IMG/VR virus record: IMGVR_UViG_3300037243_000038
Coordinates: 1 to 58,680 of that record
Source of the DNA: a virus
Reading direction: 5' to 3' (one strand)
DNA length: 58,680 nucleotides
Shown here: positions 52,288 through 58,680 of the stretch, one piece after another
Layout: every line of letters starts with the position of its first letter
Position numbering within the stretch: the stretch's first letter is position 1
Program-made: the position numbers and the translations under genes
The notes under the pieces: model-generated
Databases searched by the model: none
The model's input: only the letters and a program-made list of their open reading frames with translations
What the model was told of the DNA's origin: nothing

Positions 52288-52853
52288 GCGGACTGTGCGC
52301 GTGTGGATGTGGCGGACATCCCTGGATATCTACCGTTAACAATCCCAAGCTTGGATGGGTTAAAGGCCGCCCGGTTAGGTTCGTGCATGGTCATTGGAAC
52401 CGAATAGAAAATGCGCCTAACTGGAAAGGTGACGAAGCCACCAAGAAGACTAAGAGCAAACGCGCTATTCGGTGGTTTGATATCGCAGGAAAGACTTGCG
52501 AGGACTGTGGCTTATCGGCGAGAGATCGACACCACAAAGACGAAAATACAGGGAATAACGAACCGTCCAATATCGCGCTATTGTGCCACCGTTGCCATAT
52601 GAAGAGGCACGTTTTGCTCGGTAAACCACTCCCGCCGAGGACCGCGCTATCTGTTCTCCGCCCCTGCATTATCTGCAAGAAGATGGCTAAACCGCTACGT
52701 AAGGGACGATGTGGAGCGTGCAATGAGTACCGCAGAAATCATGGGATCGAGCGACCGTTAAACGTGAAATTTAAACGGAATCGTCCGGCCTGTCATAGCT
52801 ACAAGCACAACGGTTTCAAGCCTTGCCCATCGAAGGAAGTTTTAACGCATTAA
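52272..52853 (+). CDS. HNH endonuclease (homing-type N-terminus)
   Basis: CACGCGG...GRPVRFVHGH start. CEDCG..RHHKDENTGNN..N..LLCHRCHMKRH. The C-terminal KHNGFKPCPSK repeats the tail of the preceding gene. Confidence 0.75.
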   Translation: MSQQISGLCACGCGGHPWISTVNNPKLGWVKGRPVRFVHGHWNRIENAPNWKGDEATKKTKSKRAIRWFDIAGKTCEDCGLSARDRHHKDENTGNNEPSNIALLCHRCHMKRHVLLGKPLPPRTALSVLRPCIICKKMAKPLRKGRCGACNEYRRNHGIERPLNVKFKRNRPACHSYKHNGFKPCPSKEVLTH

Positions 52854-52899
52854 TCTAACCAGCCGCGATAGTGGACGGCCAGAGGAAACAAGGAAATAT

Positions 52900-53049
52900 A
52901 TGCCGAATACTGAATCGTGCAAGGCGGCAGAACACAACTTTTTCGCTGTAGATTACACGCCGCGAAACACGAGCAAGATTGATCAGATACCAGTCTTTAA
53001 ACTTTTATGTTCCAAGTGTGGGTTGGCCATTCCAGTTCCCGCACTTTAA
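52900..53049 (+). CDS. Small ORF (49 aa, not in track)
   Basis: AAGGAAA RBS then ATG 52900. Followed directly by a terminator. Confidence 0.4.
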   Translation: MPNTESCKAAEHNFFAVDYTPRNTSKIDQIPVFKLLCSKCGLAIPVPAL

Positions 53050-53056
53050 CCCTGAG

Positions 53057-53080
53057 GGGGCGGCACAGCGCCCCTGTTTT
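53057..53080 (+). terminator. Rho-independent terminator just upstream of the methyltransferase gene
   Basis: GGGGCG-GCACAG-CGCCCC followed by TGTTTT. Confidence 0.65.
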
Positions 53081-53093
53081 AGAAAGTGGAAAT

Positions 53094-55007
53094 ATGATCT
53101 ACGGCTCTGTCTGCACTGGAGTATCGCCGCATTCCAAGGAATACGCCGCGAGGGGTTGGAAAGCTGCGTTCTTTGCCGAGATTGGACCTTTCCCATCGGC
53201 TGTGTTGGCTGCTCACTATCCCGAGGTCCCGAACTTGGGCGATATGACCAAGATCGACGGGGCCAACTGGAAAGGGCTGCTCGATGTGCTGATGGCTTCC
53301 TGCCCCTGCCAGACCTTCTCGTTCGCGGGATTGCGCAAGTCGCTGGATGATGCGCGCGGCAACTTAACTCTGAAATTTGTGGAGCTTGTTCATGCAATTA
53401 ACTCTAGATGGGTTATTTACGAAAACGTCCCCGGAATCCTCAACACCGAAGACAATGCCTTCGGCTGCTTCCTCGCTGGATTGGTGGGAGCCGATGCCCC
53501 TCTCGTTTCAAAGTGGGGATGGCCTGACGCGGGTATGGTTATTGGACCCGTTAGAACCGCAGCATGGCGGATTCTCGACGCTCAGTATTTTTCCCTGGCT
53601 CAGCGAAGGCGGCGGGTGTTCGTCGTTAGCGGACGTACTGGAGACGGGACCAATCCCGGCGCGGTACTTTTTGAGCCCGAGAGCGTGCGCCGGGATTTTG
53701 CGCCGAGCCGAGAAACGCGGGAAAGAGTTGCCGGAACAATTAGCGCGCGCACTAAAGGCGGTGGCGGCCTTGGGACGGACTTTGACCTTAACGGAGGACT
53801 CGTTGCACGGTCCACCGGTGGATGGTGTCCCAACTGCAACAGCCGCGAAGGATGTTATCCAGACTGCCCCAATACTCCAGAAACTCGCGGCCAAGATCCC
53901 GTTGTCGCTTGCTTTGGGGGAAATAACACTAGCGGTCCAATCGACGTAGCTACCGCCGTCAATGCCTGTAATTCGGCGAGCGGTCGCATTGACTTCGAGA
54001 GCGAGACATTTGTTACCACCGTGGGTGCAATCTGCGCCGACTCGCACCCCGGAGCCTATACCGGGCGACTGATTCCATCTCTTGCGCCAACATTGGACGC
54101 TCGTGCAGGACGGAGCGGGGAAACATCATTTGCAACGAGTGGCGGGCTGATACCGATTGCCTACCGCACCAATGCGGCGGGGCAGGTGGATACCCTCGGC
54201 GATTGTGCGGCCGCCATCACAACGATGACCGACCCGACCGCGCAGATCATCGCATTCTCCGCCAAGGATCACGGAGCCGATGCGATGGAAGATTGCAGCC
54301 CTACTCTTCGAAGTGGGAACTTCGATGCCTCACACGCCAACGGTGGAGTCATGCCGGCAGTGTGCTACTCCATCCAGTCGGTGAACACGCCGCGCAACAA
54401 GAAGCAGAACGGTATTGGAGTATCAGAAGCAGATGCCATGTACACGCTGACAGGTAGAGATCAGCACGCTGTGGCTTTCCGTGCTTCTGGACAAGACGGT
54501 TTCACTCCGTCAGAAATAAGCCCTCCGATCCTAAGTAGCGATGGCGGCGGGGCAGGAGTCCCAACGGTTGCCCATGCCATCGGAGCGTTCAAAGGTGGGC
54601 AAGGTTCCAAGGCAGGTGGTATCGGTTGGGATGAAAACGTATCGCCCACACTGCCCGCTTCTGACTCTGGATCGAACCGCACGCCCGTACTTTTGCAGCA
54701 CATGGCAGTGAGGCGCTTGCTGCCGACTGAATGCGAGCAATTGCAGGGATGGGACGTTGGCTACACGGATGTTCCCTACCGCGGCAAGAAAGCAGCGGAC
54801 GGAAATCGCTATAAAGCCATCGGGAATGGTTGGGCTGTACCAGTGCTTACGTGGATAGCGGAACGGATTTCCTTAGTCGATAAACTCCATCAGTCTTGTC
54901 AAACTCAACCATCCCACCATCCATTAGTTCCGCCACTTGTTGATTTAGAGAATGGAGAACTCGCTCCAGCGATCGATGAGCCTTCGCGTGAGCCGAGGCA
55001 GAGCTAA
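53094..55007 (+). CDS. DNA (cytosine-5) methyltransferase, orphan
   Basis: Motif IV SCPCQTFSFAG, VI YENVPG, VIII QRRRVFVV, IX/X RRLLPTECEQLQGW...GNGWAVPV. Very long variable region. Trimmed to ATG 53094. Confidence 0.9.
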   Translation: MIYGSVCTGVSPHSKEYAARGWKAAFFAEIGPFPSAVLAAHYPEVPNLGDMTKIDGANWKGLLDVLMASCPCQTFSFAGLRKSLDDARGNLTLKFVELVHAINSRWVIYENVPGILNTEDNAFGCFLAGLVGADAPLVSKWGWPDAGMVIGPVRTAAWRILDAQYFSLAQRRRRVFVVSGRTGDGTNPGAVLFEPESVRRDFAPSRETRERVAGTISARTKGGGGLGTDFDLNGGLVARSTGGWCPNCNSREGCYPDCPNTPETRGQDPVVACFGGNNTSGPIDVATAVNACNSASGRIDFESETFVTTVGAICADSHPGAYTGRLIPSLAPTLDARAGRSGETSFATSGGLIPIAYRTNAAGQVDTLGDCAAAITTMTDPTAQIIAFSAKDHGADAMEDCSPTLRSGNFDASHANGGVMPAVCYSIQSVNTPRNKKQNGIGVSEADAMYTLTGRDQHAVAFRASGQDGFTPSEISPPILSSDGGGAGVPTVAHAIGAFKGGQGSKAGGIGWDENVSPTLPASDSGSNRTPVLLQHMAVRRLLPTECEQLQGWDVGYTDVPYRGKKAADGNRYKAIGNGWAVPVLTWIAERISLVDKLHQSCQTQPSHHPLVPPLVDLENGELAPAIDEPSREPRQS

Positions 55008-55515
55008 AAACATGAAGATTTTCAATGTCATTATTTACTGGATCAAGGTCAATGTGATGAACGATCTGTCCATGCCCAGCACTCGTGACTCTGCGATGCT
55101 CCAAGATTCTAGGGTTTCTTCCCTTCCCTCTTTTACCTTGGGCGTCGAAAGCCATACGGCTAGGTTTATCGGAACGCTCAATTGTTGGGCTAGTTGCGGG
55201 TGGAGGAAATTCAAGAGCAGCTCCAATCGTAGTCGCGATATAACCTCGTCGAAGCTCGGTTCCCACTGGCATATGGCCCAACTTTTTCTTATCGAAAAAG
55301 AGCGGATCTCCGTGCAGAAGCCACATTTGATAATGGCGCATACACATCTCCCTAGCAGCTTGTGGGCGCTCGCAGAATTCACAGTGTCTGCCTATGATCC
55401 TGCCTCCCCATCGGTACTCGGGAGATCCATGTTTTTGCACTCGTTTGTAATGCATCAGGCAGTATCCGTTCCCTGCGTGCTTGCGTCCGCAACCTTCAAT
55501 CGAGCAAAGTCTCAT
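54847..55515 (-). CDS. Free-standing HNH homing-endonuclease-like gene, antisense to its neighbours
   Basis: Two C.GC...G.C..HY.R modules, then HHIDLDPVNNDIENLHVF...HAKAH. The 3' 161 nt overlap the methyltransferase 3' end. Confidence 0.75.
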   Translation of the reverse strand: MRLCSIEGCGRKHAGNGYCLMHYKRVQKHGSPEYRWGGRIIGRHCEFCERPQAAREMCMRHYQMWLLHGDPLFFDKKKLGHMPVGTELRRGYIATTIGAALEFPPPATSPTIERSDKPSRMAFDAQGKRGKGRNPRILEHRRVTSAGHGQIVHHIDLDPVNNDIENLHVFSSASAHAKAHRSLERVLHSLNQQVAELMDGGMVEFDKTDGVYRLRKSVPLST

Positions 55516-55586
55516 GCTCACAATATAACACAATGGGGAAGTACGTATGAAGCTGTAGGAAACTACATCGCAAAGGAAGTGATCGC

Positions 55587-55910
55587 ATGACCGGCCCATG
55601 CGCCAAGCAGACCGTCACCGCCCGGATCGTCGCGCTCGACGGGCGCGAGTTCACCGGTACCAACTACTGCGAGGCTCCGCAAGCAGTCTGCCCACGCGGA
55701 GATATGCCCTCAGGAGTCGGCTACGAGCTGTGCAAGTCGATATGCCATCAACCTGCTCACGCCGAGGTTAACGCCATCAAAGCGGCGGGTGAGGCGGCGA
55801 GAGGTGGGACGCTGTACCTCTCGGGTCATTTCTGGATGTGCGACGAGTGCAAAGCAGCTTGTGCTACGGCGGGGATACCTGAGACAGAGACAGAGGATGG
55901 GGAACAGTGA
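55587..55910 (+). CDS. dCMP/cytidine deaminase-family zinc enzyme (minimal, 107 aa)
   Basis: GPCAKQ...GTNYC...HAEVNAI...LYLSGHFWMCDECK (HAE + CxxC zinc ligands). Confidence 0.75.
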   Translation: MTGPCAKQTVTARIVALDGREFTGTNYCEAPQAVCPRGDMPSGVGYELCKSICHQPAHAEVNAIKAAGEAARGGTLYLSGHFWMCDECKAACATAGIPETETEDGEQ

Positions 55911-55947
55911 GAATTTTTGGCTACTGGACAGCGGAAAGGTGGAGACG

Positions 55948-56223
55948 ATGAGCAATCAACTCGATGCTTCATTGGATGAGCGGGGCCGTTGTTGCGGCAG
56001 GAAGCCGATTCTCTACCGTAGCAACCGTGACCACGGGGCCGATATGCCGGGAATCGGGTTCCACTATTGCACTCGCTGCGATCGCTCGTACTCGCGGGGA
56101 ACCCTGATGCAGATTGCGGACTGGGCATGGAAGCGCAATGAGCAGGGCGTGTTCGTCAGTACGAAGGTACCGTTCGGATCGGTGAAGGTTCGTGCAGTCA
56201 GAACTGAGGAAGTTGAGCTATGA
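55948..56223 (+). CDS. Hypothetical zinc-ribbon protein
   Basis: AAGGTGGAG RBS before ATG 55948. CCGRKP...CTRC. Confidence 0.5.
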   Translation: MSNQLDASLDERGRCCGRKPILYRSNRDHGADMPGIGFHYCTRCDRSYSRGTLMQIADWAWKRNEQGVFVSTKVPFGSVKVRAVRTEEVEL

Positions 56224-56477
56224 GCGCGAATCCGCTACGAGAGGAAAACCCGGAACGACTACTCAACCCCCATGAGGTCGCTGACATGTTGGGAATGTCT
56301 GCCTCTTGGGTACGTGATCACGCTGCGAGCCCGGCTGGAAAGAAGGCCAAACGTCATCCCGTGCTCCCCGTAGTGCGCATCGGAAGCTCCCACCGGGCAG
56401 AGTTGCGCTTCCGCCGGCAGGATATCGAGGAGTTCATTGCGCGAAACTTGCGGACTGAACCAGAGAGGACAATGTAG
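56220..56477 (+). CDS. xis: Excisionase / AlpA-type HTH protein
   Basis: LLNPHEVADMLGMSASWV...LPVVRIG...LRFRRQDIEEFI. Immediately upstream of int. Confidence 0.7.
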   Translation: MSANPLREENPERLLNPHEVADMLGMSASWVRDHAASPAGKKAKRHPVLPVVRIGSSHRAELRFRRQDIEEFIARNLRTEPERTM

Positions 56478-56478
56478 T

Positions 56479-57711
56479 ATGGCGGGTACCTGGGGAGACA
56501 CCATGCGCTCGCGGCATCAGAACGGCTGGCTGGAATTGACGGCGGCGAAGACGTGGAAGTGTCACTGGCACTGCTACGTTAAGGATGCGGAGACAGGCAA
56601 AGACAAGCGCATCAACCACTCCCAGATCGTCGGCACCAAGGCGAAGATGGCGAAATACGAAGCCAAAGCCGAACTCGACAAGATCGTAGCCGGGTTGAAT
56701 TCCACCGGACCGACCAAGAATGACGACCGCGTAACGCTGGAATGGTTCTGGACGAACCGGTTCCTTCCGATGCGCGAGGGCGCATGGCGCCCGCCTACGT
56801 TAGCTGGATACAAAACTGACTGGAAACATTACCTGGCGCCGAGATTTGGCGACACGCCCCTAAGAGACATAGACGCTTTCGCCTGTCAGAAACACATCAG
56901 CGGCCTAGCCAAGAAAACGGTTATAGACGAAAATGGCGACGAGCTTGAGGTTGCGGGGTTCTGCGAGTCAGTAGTGAAACGCACCCGTACCATGCTGAGT
57001 TCGATTATGGAACTCGCGGTAGAGCTCGACTTCATCGCCAAGAATCCAGCAAAGAAGATCAAACTCCCGGATTGCAAGGCAACGCCAAAGCCAACCCTAG
57101 AAAAGCAGGAGATCGTCTCCCTGATTGCCGCGGTGAAAGATACCCGTGACCAGCTCATCCTCCTGATAGGAACCTTCTGCGCACTCACCTCTTCCGAGTT
57201 GTTCGGGCTGCGCTGGGATTGCTACCAAGGCGAACATCTCATCATTCGCAACACCGCCTATCATGGCGTCGTCTACGAACGCGTAAAGCGGAAGGCCCGG
57301 GAGCGGAATGTTCCCTTGGCACCGGTGATGCAGGAGAAACTCGAAGTATGGCGGATGCTATCGAAGGATACCGCAGCGGAGGCGCTGATCTTCCCCGGGC
57401 TCAAGGGAGGAGCGCTGTGGCCTGGTGTGTGGCTAAAGAAGCGGATCCAGTGCCACGCGGTGGCTCTCGGCATCACCACGCCGGTCACATTCCAAGTATT
57501 GCGCCGGTCATGCGCTACTCGGAATCAAAAGAACGGCACGCTCAAGGATGTACAGGCTCATTTAGGTCACAGTAACATCGCCACCACGGGGAACGTCTAT
57601 ATGCAGGCAATCCCAGAGAGCGTACGGGAAATGGTCGCTGCGGACGTGCAGGACGTGATGCGGACGAAGGTACGAAAGGCGCGACGAAGCGATTCAAGGC
57701 TGGTTCAGTAA
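56479..57711 (+). CDS. int: Tyrosine integrase
   Basis: ELFGLRWDC (Arg), FQVLRRSCAT (His-x-x-Arg), AHLGHSNIATTGNVY (His...Tyr). ATG 56479 lies 1 nt after the xis stop. Confidence 0.9.
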   Translation: MAGTWGDTMRSRHQNGWLELTAAKTWKCHWHCYVKDAETGKDKRINHSQIVGTKAKMAKYEAKAELDKIVAGLNSTGPTKNDDRVTLEWFWTNRFLPMREGAWRPPTLAGYKTDWKHYLAPRFGDTPLRDIDAFACQKHISGLAKKTVIDENGDELEVAGFCESVVKRTRTMLSSIMELAVELDFIAKNPAKKIKLPDCKATPKPTLEKQEIVSLIAAVKDTRDQLILLIGTFCALTSSELFGLRWDCYQGEHLIIRNTAYHGVVYERVKRKARERNVPLAPVMQEKLEVWRMLSKDTAAEALIFPGLKGGALWPGVWLKKRIQCHAVALGITTPVTFQVLRRSCATRNQKNGTLKDVQAHLGHSNIATTGNVYMQAIPESVREMVAADVQDVMRTKVRKARRSDSRLVQ

Positions 57712-57729
57712 ATCATTTGTTTAAACGAA

Positions 57730-57747
57730 TGGTCACAATTGGTCACA
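57730..57747 (+). promoter_or_regulatory. Tandem TGGTCACA repeats (arm-type integrase site candidates)
   Basis: TGGTCACA at 57730 and 57740 (10-bp spacing). GGTCAC recurs at 57946 and 58031, and inverted at 57820..57825. Confidence 0.4.
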
Positions 57748-57817
57748 GTCGAGAATTGGAACAACTAATAAATCCTCCTCAACTTATTGATTTTAAGATG
57801 GTTACATAAAATGCGAA

Positions 57818-57867
57818 TGGTGACCCCGGGCAGATTCGAACTGCCGACCTCCGGTTTAGGAAACCAG
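57818..57867 (-). tRNA. 3' half of tRNA-Arg(CCT) = attP core (not a functional tRNA)
   Basis: Minus strand CTGGT-TTCCTAA-ACCGG-AGGTC-GGCAG-TTCGAAT-CTGCC-CGGGGTC-A-CCA. The 24 nt 5' of it lack a D arm and pair only 5/7 with the acceptor strand. Confidence 0.8.
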
Positions 57868-58072
57868 TAAACGCAATACCGTAAACGAGTCTAAACGACT
57901 TAGAAGCGCGCAAGAGGCATTAAAAACGAACAAAATTCGGTGCGGGGTCACGTCGGGGTTACAGAGGCAGAAATTCTGAGCGAAGGTTTTTGCTCTATCT
58001 CGATTCCTCAATATCGCACCTCCGGTGCGCGGTCACGCACTCAGCACCTACCTTAGAAAGAGGAGGTTTTTG

Positions 58073-58321
58073 GTGAAGAAGATCACGGTTGAAGTATCCG
58101 ATGAAGTCTACGCCCTCTTGGAAGTTCTCACCAAAGGCGATAGTTGGCGTGCGGAAGAAACGGTCGAAGGTGTCGTGGAGGAACTGATCGACCATGCCCA
58201 GCAGGGAGTTTATCGTCCTTGCGCATGGGAGCGCGACTGGCTTGCACAAGTGTTCGGTGAAGATTTCGTGCAGTACCTCGAACCGGACGGGGTCTTTCAG
58301 CGCCCCAAAAAGGTCGCCTGA
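58073..58321 (+). CDS. Small protein with a ribbon-helix-helix-like N-terminus (antitoxin/regulator-like)
   Basis: AGGAGG RBS 7 nt before GTG 58073. VKKITVEVSDEVYALLEVL start. The stop overlaps the next ATG (TGATG). Confidence 0.55.
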   Translation: MKKITVEVSDEVYALLEVLTKGDSWRAEETVEGVVEELIDHAQQGVYRPCAWERDWLAQVFGEDFVQYLEPDGVFQRPKKVA

Positions 58322-58680
58322 TGGCGCGCACATCCTGGCTTCCCCGGCTGCACGACATCCGACGCTCAGTGCGGGAGTCGGTGCGCTCGCACTACAGCCG
58401 TGCCGACATTCAGTACCTGTTCGAACTCCAGCCCCGGGCGGCACAGAAGCTGATGCGCATGGTAAGCATCGGCGCCAAGGTTGGACAATCCGCGCTCGTC
58501 TCCCGGCTGGCCCTAGCTGACTTCCTTTCGCTGATCTACGAAAGCGAAGATCCGGAAGCGACGCTGCAAGCTAAGCGCAATGAGCCGAGTCCGGCCCCAC
58601 GTCGTGCGCTGCGGGAACTGGTACAGGTCGACTCCGATCCGGCCACGCTGGACACGATGCCACGGAACATCGAGCTCTCT
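58321..58680 (+). CDS. N-terminal part of junction-spanning hypothetical protein (continues at 128..367)
   Basis: ATG 58321 is coupled to the upstream gene. The ORF is open to the window end, in frame with 104..367. Confidence 0.6.
   Translation, partial: MARTSWLPRLHDIRRSVRESVRSHYSRADIQYLFELQPRAAQKLMRMVSIGAKVGQSALVSRLALADFLSLIYESEDPEATLQAKRNEPSPAPRRALRELVQVDSDPATLDTMPRNIELS
58554..58680. repeat. Terminal overlap copy 2 (identical to 1..127)
   Basis: Same comparison. Identity begins at ggaagcg (58554) and runs to the last base. Confidence 0.97.

Larger units (their letters stand above)
1..58680. mobile_element. Complete circular genome of a temperate tailed phage (unique length 58,553 bp; HK97/RcGTA-style morphogenesis genes)
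   Basis: Terminal 127-nt identity closes the circle. Integrase+xis+attP, CI/Cro switch, terminase-portal-protease-capsid-tail-lysis order. No host flanking genes. Confidence 0.85.

Noticed and set aside
53007-53093. N-terminal 29-aa extension of the methyltransferase ORF
   Set aside because: The extension runs through the upstream small ORF's 3' end and an intrinsic terminator. ATG 53094 immediately precedes the conserved N-terminal motif region.
57818-57891. A complete 74-nt tRNA gene on the minus strand
   Set aside because: Only the 3' 50 nt fold as tRNA. The putative 5' acceptor strand GACTCGT pairs 5/7. The 15 nt in the D-arm position have no D stem or conserved GG. It was called a truncated attP core instead.
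57995-58444. 149-aa minus-strand ORF across the attP-proximal cassette
   Set aside because: It overlaps two plus-strand genes that have a strong AGGAGG RBS, start/stop coupling and balanced composition. The minus ORF is Arg/Ala/Cys-rich with no RBS.

Overview
The window is a closed circle, not a chromosomal slice. Nt 1-127 are letter-for-letter identical to nt 58554-58680, and one ORF reads in frame through the joined ends. It is best read as the complete 58,553-bp genome of a temperate tailed phage. An excised prophage or a circular assembly of virion DNA fits equally well. There are no host flanks, rRNA, CRISPR array, IS/transposase or complete tRNA.

Layout:
- Minus strand, about 47.9 kb down to 0.4 kb: one long, mostly translationally coupled lytic programme. 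Order is PL-like promoter, small early genes, a recombination module (DUF1351-like, ERF, SSB, YqaJ exonuclease), a replication module (organizer, DnaB, J-domain protein), VRR-NUC and DUF3310 genes, then two untranslated regulatory gaps.
- It continues with HNH, TerS, TerL, GNAT, a portal-MuF fusion, an XkdF-type protease/scaffold, capsid, connectors, major tail, G/GT chaperones, tape measure, an RcGTA-like distal tail set with NlpC/P60, tail fibres, and a GH24 endolysin with membrane proteins.
- 47993-48986: a divergent CI(S24)/Cro-like switch.
- Plus strand, 48.7-57.7 kb: accessory genes (hexapeptide-repeat protein, Ea22-like, ASCH-like, two HNH), an orphan C5 methyltransferase, a minus-strand HNH insertion, dCMP deaminase, then xis, int and an attP built on the 3' half of tRNA-Arg(CCT).

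Most interesting points:
- Terminator-bounded 'moron' units encode exported proteins inside the late operon: Dps plus two Sec-signal proteins (one a pectate-lyase-fold beta-helix), a lipoprotein wedged between GT chaperone and tape measure, and a tail-fibre-like SGNH esterase with a signal/lipobox N-terminus.
- Two of these units share a conserved 3' element.
- An uncharacterised two-gene cassette sits beside attP.
- An HNH gene lies antisense to the 3' end of the methyltransferase.
- There is a 9 x 18-bp in-frame tandem repeat.

All functional calls come from motif recognition by eye. No searches were run. Coordinates of trimmed starts were checked against the printed sequence.
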